DNA of 64,000 nucleotides from a virus: the IMG/VR virus record IMGVR_UViG_3300017977_000066, positions 32,001 through 96,000 of that record; one strand, given 5' to 3'. The notes under the pieces were generated by a model. It saw only the letters and a list, made by a program, of their open reading frames with translations. It searched no databases and was not told the DNA's origin. Of the stretch, positions 38,128 to 48,910 are shown piece after piece (the stretch's first letter is position 1; every line of letters begins with the position of its first letter). A program made the translations under genes and the position numbers.

Positions 38128-39045
38128 TTATGCAGAAGGAGTTAGAGGAGCAGTTCTTGTACCTTCGTAGTTAACATCATCATCAGTAGGTGCATCTAAA
38201 GAAGCTTCTATCTTATCAGTAGGTAATAAAATATCTTCACTATCTACAGACCATAGTTTTAAGTTATTTAAAACAGTTACTGCTAGTTGTTTAACACGCT
38301 TGTTAGTAGAAGGGATAGCAAAACCACCAAGGTCTAAACTGATCTCTTTAACTTCTCTACCACTATTCTTATCTTTCTTACCAGTTATATCAGGGTTAGA
38401 TGTAGGGAATAGATTAGATACCAACCAAGCATGGATAGGAGTTCGGTATAATGGATCTGGTTCTATGAATAGAACAGTCATTGTATACCAATCTGCAGTC
38501 CAAGCTTTAGGAAGCACATCAGCAGCAGTTATACGAGTTATGAGAGGAGCTTTAAGATCTGGATCCATCATACCGTATCTGATCCAAGTATCTAATAGGA
38601 TCTCAAATGGTGTTCCATACTTCTCTGTTAATGTAATACTAACAGACGTAGTTTCTCTTTTAACATCAGCTATCTCTTTAAAAGAAGCACCTGATAGACC
38701 TAACTCATGTTCACTAGTCTCTACATTTAATGAAGCATTAAGCCCATCTATAGTTTTAGCATGTACTTCTACCATAGCTTTAACAGCAGTCTTCCAATCT
38801 TTAGGGTTAGCCAATAGATCGAACATTCTAGGTACTTGCATAACGATAGGTATAAGGTCTCGTTTAGAATAAGCTTGCTCATTCATCCACTCATGGATAG
38901 CAGCGTCATTATTAACACCACCTATCCTAGGAAGTAAACCCCACTGACCACCTTTATTAATATCTATGGCAGGAACCTCTGGATATGTCATACCAGAGTT
39001 TATTTCATTTGCCAAGTCTATGATTTTTACATTTTCAACAGCCAT
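38128..39045 (-). CDS. Tail tube protein (phiKZ gp30-like)
   Basis: EKYG.P...WIRYGMMDP, TVLFIEPDP; directly downstream of sheath. Confidence 0.8.
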   Translation of the reverse strand: MAVENVKIIDLANEINSGMTYPEVPAIDINKGGQWGLLPRIGGVNNDAAIHEWMNEQAYSKRDLIPIVMQVPRMFDLLANPKDWKTAVKAMVEVHAKTIDGLNASLNVETSEHELGLSGASFKEIADVKRETTSVSITLTEKYGTPFEILLDTWIRYGMMDPDLKAPLITRITAADVLPKAWTADWYTMTVLFIEPDPLYRTPIHAWLVSNLFPTSNPDITGKKDKNSGREVKEISLDLGGFAIPSTNKRVKQLAVTVLNNLKLWSVDSEDILLPTDKIEASLDAPTDDDVNYEGTRTAPLTPSA

Positions 39046-39095
39046 CTTAAAATCCTTAATTTTATTTTATTTTATTTTATTTATAAGGAGGATAC

Positions 39096-41222
39096 TTACA
39101 TATCCTCTTTATTCCACGCCTCGATATAGTGTGTCATTACAGTTTTCATAACATTACCATAAAGTTTACTTGCTACAGTCCAGCTATAACCTCTTTGTTC
39201 ATCAAAGTCAGTTATCATTGCTTTAACAGAAGTCTCTATGATATAAGCGAATTTACCATCCAACTCATTATTCATCCAAGTCTCTACTTCGTCAATGAAC
39301 TCACTAGGAGTAGAACTAACATCACCAGTAAATTTTCTAAATGCAGCAGCTGCTACTTTTTCTGTAGTAGTTAAAGCTAAGGCCATGAAGATATTGTTAA
39401 GAACAGATGTATCATTATCATATACAGATTGCATAGCAGGGAATGAATAAGCTCTTAAGTCATATGGTTGTGCCCATATAAGACCTACATTCCATAGATC
39501 AGGTTTGATACCAGCTGGAATAAAAGACGGTTGGATGTTAGAATAGTTAAGAATGATATTTCTATCACCTCTATCGAACATAAGTTCTTTCTTCCATTTT
39601 TGTCCACCCATCATTCTAGCAGTCTTATAAGCTATATCCATGATTAAACCATAGCGTCTATTCTCAGGATCTAAGTTATCATTACCACTACCATTAACAA
39701 CCATACCTCTAGCAACAGGAGTACCAAAATATGTAGACTCAGGAGCTAAACTTAACGCAGCTTTAAGGTTAAGACCTATAGCTCTATCGGTTACTAGATC
39801 AACATACTTCTCATTCATATTGTCTTCTCTAGTACTAAGACCTACAAAAGTATCTTTTCTTACAGCGATAAAATCAACAAGAGATTTCTTAGTAGGTAAT
39901 GTAAAACCAGAATCATATGTAGCATTCTCTAAGTTAACAGCAGGATCCATAACTTCACTATTTTTATCTAGGAATTTCTCCATGATTCTATTAACACCAG
40001 CTTCTAATGTTGTCTCGTTAAGAGTACCATCTTTACCAGCACCAAGATATAGTGGAGTAGATTTACTCATATAAGTTTCACTTTGGCCAGCTGCTAATGT
40101 AACAGCAGTATCGTCCATCTTATATGTAAATGCAGGAACTCTTTTCGTAGACATAGCTGTGAATACATTAACGATACCAAATTGGTCATCTATATTAGAA
40201 GTAGATACGAAGTCTAACCATGTAGAAGTATTCATTACAGTACCGTCTAAAGTAGTTACATCGGCATTGATGAAGTCTTTTTCAACTTCTAAGATCTCTT
40301 TAGTTAATAGATCGAAGTTAGTTTGGTATACATAAGGATCTTCTATATTAGGATATACTAAGTCTCTTAATGGATTCTCAAGGTTGTACCAGTTATCAGT
40401 AACATCTTTTAAAGAGATAGGCATGTTAGTAACTGGATCTTTAGCACTCTTTTTAAATACGAATTGTTGTGATTCAGAACCGAAAAGGCTTTTGATAGGA
40501 ACACCAGTAGCAGTTTCATCAGCTCTCTTAAACATATAGAACTCGTATGGTAAAGATAGTGTACCTTCTATGTAAGAAGTATTAACATTATCAGCAGTAG
40601 GTAAGTTAAACGTAAAACCTATATTGTTATATGGTTTACCTTTATATTTAGCTCTTACTTCTACTAGTGGATACATAACAGATGTGTTACCATTAGCATC
40701 TTGCATATAACCTGGTTTACTCATCTTAGTCCCCATGTCGATATCTACATCTTCTTGGTTAACTTCAGTGATAACTTTTAATCTATAACCTTGTACTGTA
40801 GAAGCTACTATAGGGTCACCATTACCATCAATAGCGATGCTACCATCTAGGTTACGAGTATATACGTCAACATCGTCTTTAATGATATCTAAGTATGTAG
40901 TAACATTAGCGATAGTATCATTGTCATCAGGAACGATACGCCAGTACATCATGGCATTGCCAGCAGCTGACATCAATTCAGCAAGTCTTGTTGTGTGTGT
41001 GTAATATGGTTGATTTCTATCGAAAGTCTCTTTACCATATAGGCCTATTAACCTAGCACCATCTACTAGTTCCTTAGTTAAGTAAGGTCCTTTAGAAGCA
41101 AAACCCATTACCATAGGTAAGTGTGTAGGAATTTCTATAGGTCTGGGCGGGGTTGGTTTTAAACTCTTGTCATCAGTACCTAATTGTACTATTTGCGGTG
41201 AAGCATTAACTATCAAGTTCAT
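39096..41222 (-). CDS. Tail sheath protein (phiKZ gp29-like)
   Basis: 708 aa; YDSGF, PESTYFGTP..R, RGYSW. Confidence 0.85.
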   Translation of the reverse strand: MNLIVNASPQIVQLGTDDKSLKPTPPRPIEIPTHLPMVMGFASKGPYLTKELVDGARLIGLYGKETFDRNQPYYTHTTRLAELMSAAGNAMMYWRIVPDDNDTIANVTTYLDIIKDDVDVYTRNLDGSIAIDGNGDPIVASTVQGYRLKVITEVNQEDVDIDMGTKMSKPGYMQDANGNTSVMYPLVEVRAKYKGKPYNNIGFTFNLPTADNVNTSYIEGTLSLPYEFYMFKRADETATGVPIKSLFGSESQQFVFKKSAKDPVTNMPISLKDVTDNWYNLENPLRDLVYPNIEDPYVYQTNFDLLTKEILEVEKDFINADVTTLDGTVMNTSTWLDFVSTSNIDDQFGIVNVFTAMSTKRVPAFTYKMDDTAVTLAAGQSETYMSKSTPLYLGAGKDGTLNETTLEAGVNRIMEKFLDKNSEVMDPAVNLENATYDSGFTLPTKKSLVDFIAVRKDTFVGLSTREDNMNEKYVDLVTDRAIGLNLKAALSLAPESTYFGTPVARGMVVNGSGNDNLDPENRRYGLIMDIAYKTARMMGGQKWKKELMFDRGDRNIILNYSNIQPSFIPAGIKPDLWNVGLIWAQPYDLRAYSFPAMQSVYDNDTSVLNNIFMALALTTTEKVAAAAFRKFTGDVSSTPSEFIDEVETWMNNELDGKFAYIIETSVKAMITDFDEQRGYSWTVASKLYGNVMKTVMTHYIEAWNKEDM

Positions 41223-41291
41223 CTTTAATCCTTTATATGTTTAGTTGTGCGATCATTACGATCATCATAGGATAAATAAAAAAGCATATGT

Positions 41292-41323
41292 ATAACATAG
41301 GGATTTTTAAATCCCTATGTTAT
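41292..41323. terminator. Terminator hairpin
   Basis: ATAACATAGGGATTT/AAATCCCTATGTTAT. Confidence 0.7.
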
Positions 41324-43125
41324 TATTGAAATTTAAAGAACTCTCTTTGATTGTTAACCATATCGTTAAGTAATAGGTATATCCTACCGTTCCTAGCCGA
41401 TATGAATTGTTGTAGTATAGCATCGCCATTATACCTTACTACTTTATTAGTTATCTTATAACCTTTCCTATCATAGATGAAGTAGTTAAGTCTATCAGTA
41501 GTATCTCCTAGCTTAAATACTACTACCTTATCATTTTTTAATCTAAAGCTTACTAAGTCTTTATTCTTAAAGTTAGTATGTATAGATAGTGCAGCCATTT
41601 TATAACCATCTAGTACATTAAAGAGCACACTCTTAAATGCATTAGTACCTTTAGGTAATATCACTACTTCAGTATCATTAACCTCAGATACAGAAACATC
41701 GGTTAGATCAGTATCACTAACATAAGTATTAACTAATGTAACTACCATAGCATCTAGGTCTAGTGTATAGAAGTTAACATTCTTACTATTAACTTTACTA
41801 ACACCTACTACATATAGGTTATCAGGCATCTCCATAACTTTCCTAATAACAGGAGTATCTATAACTATATCAGTAGTTAAGACAGTACCTAATGTTATAA
41901 TGTCTTTAAAAGGATCATAATCAAAACCAGTTAAAACTAATAAGCCATTACTATCTTTAGTTTGTATATAACCTTTAGTCTTAGTTACAAGTCTTAGAGT
42001 ATAATCTCCCGCGATACTTATGTTACTACCTTTTAATATAGTCATATGGTTATTCTGCTTATCGATGATATCGAATTCTAACTTATCGTCAGCCTGCTTG
42101 ATAGCTACTACGTTATTAAAGAACTCTTCTACATTAGCATTACCATCATAAATGTCGTTTTGATTATCACTTACTATAGATACAGGAGTTAGATTATTTT
42201 CATATACATAACCAAGATCAGGTATAAATTTCTCTTCTCTACCAGCTGTAGATATGAATATAAGATCAGTAGTAGTTTGTGTATTACCATTAGCATCAGT
42301 ATAGCTTAGATATAACTTAACTCTATATGACGAGTTTATAGATATGGTAACTGGTATAGTTAATGTATTACCAGCAGTATCTATATTAGCTAACTTAGTA
42401 CCATCTAAGGATAATAGTTCAGCACTATCTAAAGTAACAGCATATTCGGAAGTACTTAGTACTTTTAAAGTATTACTACCAGTGTAATCTAGGTCTAAAG
42501 TATTACCTTCTATGTTATAGAAAACTTTCTTAAGATAGTAAGCATCAAAAACAACTTTAGATAATGTAGAGTGTGAAGCTATGTTAACTGCCACTATGTT
42601 AAGTTTATAAATAGAAGCTAGGTCTACAGCATCAGAAGTTATAGTTATGATACCATCGTTATCATAGTAGTTAACTATCTCACCATACACTAATGTATTA
42701 CTATCATCATAGAGAGATATAGATGTACCTTCATATGCAACATTAGTCTTAGGCTCTGGTATAACTATAGTTATTTTCTCACCTGGTAAATATTCTACAT
42801 CTCTTATATACGGCTCCGAGATATTAAGCTCAGGTGTTAAGTAATCTTTAGTGTTAGACTCTTCGTTAAATATAGGTTTAGGTCCTATCCATACATCATT
42901 ACTTATACTAGCACCATCAGAGTCCTTAAGTCTCCTTAAAGATGATATATACCATATCTCACCTGTAGGGATTATTTTATCAACTTCCCAAAAGTCTAAA
43001 TAATCTGTACTTTCATCTATATTATCTTCTACTTCATTACCCTCTAGATCCCTAGTAAGTTTCCATGAGGTAGCATCATGTGTTAACTCACTATCATCTG
43101 GCCATTTAGGTATGTTAAATATCAT
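41323..43125 (-). CDS. Beta-rich probable virion protein
   Basis: N-terminal H.ATSW domain shared with 63507-63884; late motif upstream. Confidence 0.55.
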   Translation of the reverse strand: MIFNIPKWPDDSELTHDATSWKLTRDLEGNEVEDNIDESTDYLDFWEVDKIIPTGEIWYISSLRRLKDSDGASISNDVWIGPKPIFNEESNTKDYLTPELNISEPYIRDVEYLPGEKITIVIPEPKTNVAYEGTSISLYDDSNTLVYGEIVNYYDNDGIITITSDAVDLASIYKLNIVAVNIASHSTLSKVVFDAYYLKKVFYNIEGNTLDLDYTGSNTLKVLSTSEYAVTLDSAELLSLDGTKLANIDTAGNTLTIPVTISINSSYRVKLYLSYTDANGNTQTTTDLIFISTAGREEKFIPDLGYVYENNLTPVSIVSDNQNDIYDGNANVEEFFNNVVAIKQADDKLEFDIIDKQNNHMTILKGSNISIAGDYTLRLVTKTKGYIQTKDSNGLLVLTGFDYDPFKDIITLGTVLTTDIVIDTPVIRKVMEMPDNLYVVGVSKVNSKNVNFYTLDLDAMVVTLVNTYVSDTDLTDVSVSEVNDTEVVILPKGTNAFKSVLFNVLDGYKMAALSIHTNFKNKDLVSFRLKNDKVVVFKLGDTTDRLNYFIYDRKGYKITNKVVRYNGDAILQQFISARNGRIYLLLNDMVNNQREFFKFQ

Positions 43126-43224
43126 AGCTAATCCTTATAAACTAATTTTTTCAAAAGATACTCATGACCACACATATCCTTTATGGTTACTACTTCTTAT
43201 AATGAAAATATAAAAGGAGAAAAT

Positions 43225-44634
43225 ATGAATATTAAAGCACCTAACTTAATGTTCTCTAGACCACTTATAAATATAGGGATGCTGTCTGACATACCAACTG
43301 GTTCATTTATAACGGGTCCTAAGGGAGAAAGTATCTTGAATGGAGGTCTTTCAGGAGTTACTGGTATGGTTGGTACTGGTAATAGATTTAAGTCTACACT
43401 AGTTAACTATATGATGTTATCAGCTTCAGATAGGATGTCTGCATCTGGATTAGCAGCACCTATGCATACCTATGACACAGAAGACAACATGAGTCTTAAT
43501 GTGGATAGAATCAATAGTCTAGCAGAGAGATTCGTTAATATACCGGATGACCCACTCTATGACCAAGATGTATGGTCTTATATCTCTAAATCATCTATGA
43601 CAGCTGAAGAGTGGCTTAAACTACTTTATGAAGCTATAAGTAAGAAGATGGAAGATAAGAAACTACTTGTAACATATGACTCTTTTTACGATAGAGTTAT
43701 AAGAGCTAAGACTAAACTAATCAAACCTAGTTTTGTAGCTATAGATAGTTTAACAGAGTTAGAGTCAGCTACTACAGCTAATGTAGTTGTAGATGGTAAT
43801 ATAGAGTCTAGTAATACAGTATTCATGCAACAAGGATTATTTAAGACTAAACTTCTTAAAGATATGCCACGTATGTCTAATAAAGCTAATATCTATTTCT
43901 TCTTAACCGCACACGTTGGTAAAGAGATAGATATGGCTTCTGGTCCTTATGCTCCTAAACCTACAAGATCTCTACAGTTCATTAAGCAAGGAGATAAGAT
44001 AAAAGGTGTTAGTGACAAACTCTATTTCTTAACATCTCATTTGTGGCAATCTGCAGCTTCTAAACCTCTACTGAACCCATCTACTAAAGAACCTGAGTAT
44101 CCTCTTAATGAGAAAGACAATAAAACCGATCTTAACATAGTAAGTCTTATCATGCTTAGATCTAAATCAGGTCCTAGTGGTATAAGTATAGATGTTATAG
44201 TTAGTCAGAAAGAAGGACTATTACCATCGTTATCTGAGTTCCACTACATTAAAACTATGAAGTATGGCTTAGAGGGTAATCTTAGAAGTTATGCATTAGA
44301 GCTATATCCAGAATGTAAGCTTTCTAGAACTACAGTTAGGAAGAAGATAGATGCTGACATTAAGTTAAGAAGAGCTCTTAACATCACAGCAGAGTTATTA
44401 CAGATGACTGTCTATATGAAGCAGTATAGTAAATACTTCTGTACTCCTAAAGAGCTCTATGAGGGTATAAAAAGCAAAGGTTATGATTGGGATGATATCT
44501 TAGAGCATACAAGAGGCTGGTGGACTATCAAGAACTATGATACTGAAACTAAGTTCCTATCCACATTAGACTTATTAAAAATGAATGCTGATGAGTATAA
44601 ACCATTTTGGTTAAAAAATAAGAAAGGAAAATAA
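43225..44634 (+). CDS. uvsX: RecA/UvsX-like recombinase (phiKZ gp152-like)
   Basis: P-loop GTGNRFKST, YDTE, IDSLT, RSKSGPSG; start moved to 43225 (AAGGAG RBS). Confidence 0.8.
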   Translation: MNIKAPNLMFSRPLINIGMLSDIPTGSFITGPKGESILNGGLSGVTGMVGTGNRFKSTLVNYMMLSASDRMSASGLAAPMHTYDTEDNMSLNVDRINSLAERFVNIPDDPLYDQDVWSYISKSSMTAEEWLKLLYEAISKKMEDKKLLVTYDSFYDRVIRAKTKLIKPSFVAIDSLTELESATTANVVVDGNIESSNTVFMQQGLFKTKLLKDMPRMSNKANIYFFLTAHVGKEIDMASGPYAPKPTRSLQFIKQGDKIKGVSDKLYFLTSHLWQSAASKPLLNPSTKEPEYPLNEKDNKTDLNIVSLIMLRSKSGPSGISIDVIVSQKEGLLPSLSEFHYIKTMKYGLEGNLRSYALELYPECKLSRTTVRKKIDADIKLRRALNITAELLQMTVYMKQYSKYFCTPKELYEGIKSKGYDWDDILEHTRGWWTIKNYDTETKFLSTLDLLKMNADEYKPFWLKNKKGK

Positions 44635-45035
44635 TGAGTAAAGAAACAACAGAAGCAGAGTACATGAGACTTAATGATGAGTTATATGATAAGGTAGAGA
44701 AGATCTATTTGGATAATGATGCTAATGGGGAACTTATGTTCAAGTTCCTATCTGCATTAAGAAATAGTAGTGGAGATCTCTTTAATGAACTTATGAAAGA
44801 GCTCTATACTTTAGATAAAGATATAGATAGGCGTAACTCCTCCATGCAGAAGATAACTATAAATAGAGTACTTATTAAATACCTTATGGTTATATCTGTA
44901 TACTCTGGCTTAGATGTTAATGCCGTATTAGTTAACTGTGCTAACGACATCGAAGATGACACCTGGCTTAATGGTGTACTGACTACGGTAGTACCAGTTC
45001 TTTTGAATAATTTAGATTTTAACAAGGAAAAGTGA
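44634..45035 (+). CDS. Hypothetical protein
   Basis: Translationally coupled ORF. Confidence 0.7.
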   Translation: MSKETTEAEYMRLNDELYDKVEKIYLDNDANGELMFKFLSALRNSSGDLFNELMKELYTLDKDIDRRNSSMQKITINRVLIKYLMVISVYSGLDVNAVLVNCANDIEDDTWLNGVLTTVVPVLLNNLDFNKEK

Positions 45036-45763
45036 TGGATTTAACATATAAAATAAAGAAGAGTGGCGATAGCAATGCTACTACTGATGCATTAGTAAAT
45101 ATGTCTATAGGTGTTCATTTACCTATATTAACATTAACATCTACGTTTATAGACAGATGTATAGTTCATGAAGATAACGCGCCAAGTAACTCTAGTGATA
45201 ATGTATTATATAACAATGAAACTGGTAATGAACTAGATGTTATCTTAAATGCTTCATTAGGCTATACTACTAACGAAAGTGTATTGACTCTAGATAAAGA
45301 TACTAAGAGATTATATCTAGTACCTGGTATTAATGATATCAAACCCTCTCAGTTCTCTAATAGATCAGTAGTTTTACAATCTATGGCTGTAGGTGCTACT
45401 ACACAACATTATAACTCGGGTGAGAAGATATCTCTAGGTACTGATAGTAGACTTAATGATGTAGTATTTGACTCTAATGTACTAATGCCACTAACTGGTG
45501 CTAAAATAATAACACTAGCTATAAGAGGCATGGATGTTGGTAATGAGACTTTTAACTTAAGACAAGACCTTGCTGGACATAACCATAAAGTAGCATTAGA
45601 TGCTAGATTAGTTTCATTATTAGAACTAGATGTAGTTAACTCTGGTTTAGATATCAGCGAGATGGTTTTATATACTATCTTATCAGATGCTTTTTCTCAT
45701 CAGAGATTAAGATATGTAGGTAAAGATACTACTGTAGATAAAATCTATATCCCTCTCTATTAA
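45032..45763 (+). CDS. Hypothetical protein
   Basis: Translationally coupled ORF. Confidence 0.7.
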   Translation: MMDLTYKIKKSGDSNATTDALVNMSIGVHLPILTLTSTFIDRCIVHEDNAPSNSSDNVLYNNETGNELDVILNASLGYTTNESVLTLDKDTKRLYLVPGINDIKPSQFSNRSVVLQSMAVGATTQHYNSGEKISLGTDSRLNDVVFDSNVLMPLTGAKIITLAIRGMDVGNETFNLRQDLAGHNHKVALDARLVSLLELDVVNSGLDISEMVLYTILSDAFSHQRLRYVGKDTTVDKIYIPLY

Positions 45764-45773
45764 GGTTTAGATA

Positions 45774-46439
45774 ATGGCTAAAAGAAAAGCAGCAGAGAAA
45801 TACATCATAGATATGATAACAGAGTTAACCGGTACAGATTTCAATAAGAATCTATATCTTAACTTGTTTAAATCTATGAATGATAAAGAGTTCCATGAGT
45901 TCATGGTTAAGCTTAGAGATGGTGACATATTGAATGTTATAGTACCACATGATAGAGGTGCTACTAAGATATCAGTAGAGCATAACTTCTCTATGTATAA
46001 GAAGCTAGGTAAAGAGTTCTTCCAACACCTTACTTATACCTCTAAAGATAAAGAGACTCCTGATATTAAAAGTAAGTATAAATACTATATGCTTTTATTA
46101 CCATTTAGAAGAACTAAACAAACCCATGAGAAAGGTTTAGCTGTAGCTGAAAATGATAAACAAACTGATGCTTTAACTGGGCAAGCTATTAATGGTAGTA
46201 AAACTACTAAGCTTAACTTTCAAGAGCTTCAGGTATTAAGTGGTATGGGTTTATCTAAATCTGCTTCTGAGCTATTTTCAGATAGAGGTGGTAGTACCTC
46301 AGGTAGAGTACTTAAACAGTCACTTATGAAACATGGTGTAGCCTCTAAAGCTACATTAGATAACTATGATAAAGATGTGCTTTCTACGTCTACACTTAAG
46401 TCATATTTTAATGGCATGCATTTAAAAATTAATCCTTAG
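45774..46439 (+). CDS. Virion RNA polymerase beta subunit, C-terminal part (phiKZ gp149-like)
   Basis: LP.RR..Q, D.LTGQ...SK...LNFQELQVL, DRGG. Confidence 0.8.
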   Translation: MAKRKAAEKYIIDMITELTGTDFNKNLYLNLFKSMNDKEFHEFMVKLRDGDILNVIVPHDRGATKISVEHNFSMYKKLGKEFFQHLTYTSKDKETPDIKSKYKYYMLLLPFRRTKQTHEKGLAVAENDKQTDALTGQAINGSKTTKLNFQELQVLSGMGLSKSASELFSDRGGSTSGRVLKQSLMKHGVASKATLDNYDKDVLSTSTLKSYFNGMHLKINP

Positions 46440-46464
46440 TACATAGAGACTTCTCTATGTACTA
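46437..46464. terminator. Bidirectional terminator
   Basis: TAGTACATAGAGA/TCTCTATGTACTA between convergent genes. Confidence 0.7.
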
Positions 46465-46472
46465 GGTGTTAG

Positions 46473-48866
46473 TTATTTTGTTGTCGCTATTATCTCTATT
46501 ATACCACTAACATCTTCAGAGTTATCTCCTACTGTAGCGGTGTTGCTAGTTTGTCTTATATCCAAGCTTACTTGGTCTTCAGTACTACTAACAGTAGATT
46601 CATTTATACCAGCACTTGTAAGTTGGGCACTATATTTTCTCTGTATGATATCTGTCCTACCTGTAACATCATAGCCATTATTGATACCATCATTATTACC
46701 TACTGTATATATAAGACCCTCATTCTTAACATCAGTATGTAATGGATTAGTCATAGTCTTAAGTTCTAAGTCAGTAAAGTTACTATGCTCTAGACCAGGA
46801 CTATATAAAGGATAGTTCCTAGATAATGAGCCGAATACATCATAGCTAGTATTAATGGTCTCCTCTCTAGCAAATAAAGGCATGGGACCAAAAGGTTTAG
46901 TAGTGAGTATATTAAGACTAGTGTTTATGCTAAGTCTATCATCTATAGTATAAGTCTTGTTTAGGACATCGTAGTCGGCTTCTTCGTATATTTTATACTC
47001 TGCATCCTTTATTTCTAGATAAGCCTTATAACCTAGGTTAATGTTATTCTTACAGGCATTTATAACTTTTGTATCTGAGAAATCAATATCCATAAGTAAT
47101 TGTACAGTATAAGAAGTATCTTTATTAAATATGTTTATGATTTTATTATATCTTTCTAATAATTCTTTTAAGCTATCTGTCTCTATATCTACTATGCTAT
47201 TAAGTAAAGGTTCTAATATTACACTATATGTAAATTTATTTAAGAACGAAGTGAGACCATAATCATCTAAGGCCTGCTCTATCTCTGTTATGTTATACTC
47301 CTCTATGTTACTAGAGAATAGATAGTTAGTCATGAGTATAGTATCTTTCTTAGCAGTGTTATCCACTAGGTTACTTATAAGGTACCATACTTTCTTCTCT
47401 ATATATATACACCCATCTATATATTTAGTTAAAGCTTCTTTACTATTTATACCATCGCGGCTACCTACATCAGCTACTAAATAATCAAATATATCACCAT
47501 TATCTAGTTTATACCAAGTAGACAATAGAGTTTCATTCCTATCTATGTTATTGTTAAATACAGCACCATACTTAATAGAGAAGTCATCTCCAGTTAGCTT
47601 GTTTATCTTATATAGTAAATATACTAATAACAATTTAACCTGCTGACCAGATAGATTATATAACATACTATCTACAGGGTTATAGAAATCTATACCATAT
47701 GATATCTTACCATCCGATATAAGACTTATGACATTAGAGATCAAGATGTTAAATAAAGACTCATCTGTTAGCTTTATCTTATTAGGTTTATCTATAATAA
47801 ACATCTTAGTCAGAGTGTTACTTAAGTAGTTATCATTAAGCAAACTCTTATAATATTCATAACTTATAGTCTTATACTCTGGTACGAGACTGTTTAGTTT
47901 AAACAAACTATTAATATCAGCTAGATCATAGTTACTACCTAAGATGTTATAAGCAGATGGGTTAGCTGACTCTATAGTAAGATCTGTAGCCTGGCTAACA
48001 TAAGGTAGGTCTATCTTATCATAGTTCCTGTCTATAGGCTCTAAAGCATTCCTCTTAAACACACCTTTACCTATCCCTATATACTCTTTATTAAATACAT
48101 CAAAAAGTACATTATGAAGGATATGGTTACCACCTACATTATGTTTCATCCTGTTTATATTACCATATAACCAGATATTAGTGCTTAGCTTAAGTATATC
48201 GGTATCATTAGCTAGATACTTATAAGATACCAGATGTAGATCTCTCTGGAATGAATCAGCTTTATTAGTTAGAACATTCTTTAATTTTAAAGATAATACA
48301 TAGTTAAATAAGCTAGTATATAGGATACCTAATAACCCTGGTAAATAAAGCTCATCACTCATATAACCTCTATTACTATAGTTAACCATAACCTTACTTA
48401 TATAAGCTTCTAGCTCTGGTATAAGATATGTTTCATTACTCTCTAATAGTGACATATCATAAGCTAGTATGGTATAGTTCTTACTAACAACAGCTCTATC
48501 TAGTTTTATGTTATAAAGTAAACCTTTTATATAATCAGACATACCAGGATTAAGTCTGATAGTATCCGTATAGTACTTATCGAACTTAAGTAGCTCATCT
48601 CTGATATTACTATTATTATTAAGTAGCTCATCAGTCAGCTCTATTAGATCAGAACCTTGTAACTGGTTTATATAAACTTTAGGATCTAAAATATTTTTCA
48701 TACCAGCGATGTTTTGATAATATTTACTATGTGGCTGTGTTGGCGGTGTTTTATCATACTTAACATAAAATTGATAATCCTGTTGTACTGATATTTCATT
48801 TATCTTAATTACTAAACTATTTATAAATCTTTTTACTGAATTATAATAAACTTGTAATGTTACCAT
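46473..48866 (-). CDS. Virion structural protein (phiKZ gp128-like position)
   Basis: KYYQNIAG and WLYGNI motifs; divergent from portal. Confidence 0.55.
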   Translation of the reverse strand: MVTLQVYYNSVKRFINSLVIKINEISVQQDYQFYVKYDKTPPTQPHSKYYQNIAGMKNILDPKVYINQLQGSDLIELTDELLNNNSNIRDELLKFDKYYTDTIRLNPGMSDYIKGLLYNIKLDRAVVSKNYTILAYDMSLLESNETYLIPELEAYISKVMVNYSNRGYMSDELYLPGLLGILYTSLFNYVLSLKLKNVLTNKADSFQRDLHLVSYKYLANDTDILKLSTNIWLYGNINRMKHNVGGNHILHNVLFDVFNKEYIGIGKGVFKRNALEPIDRNYDKIDLPYVSQATDLTIESANPSAYNILGSNYDLADINSLFKLNSLVPEYKTISYEYYKSLLNDNYLSNTLTKMFIIDKPNKIKLTDESLFNILISNVISLISDGKISYGIDFYNPVDSMLYNLSGQQVKLLLVYLLYKINKLTGDDFSIKYGAVFNNNIDRNETLLSTWYKLDNGDIFDYLVADVGSRDGINSKEALTKYIDGCIYIEKKVWYLISNLVDNTAKKDTILMTNYLFSSNIEEYNITEIEQALDDYGLTSFLNKFTYSVILEPLLNSIVDIETDSLKELLERYNKIINIFNKDTSYTVQLLMDIDFSDTKVINACKNNINLGYKAYLEIKDAEYKIYEEADYDVLNKTYTIDDRLSINTSLNILTTKPFGPMPLFAREETINTSYDVFGSLSRNYPLYSPGLEHSNFTDLELKTMTNPLHTDVKNEGLIYTVGNNDGINNGYDVTGRTDIIQRKYSAQLTSAGINESTVSSTEDQVSLDIRQTSNTATVGDNSEDVSGIIEIIATTK

Positions 48867-48910
48867 AATGAACTCCCTAAAGTATTAATTTTTCAAAAAA
48901 AGGAAGAAGC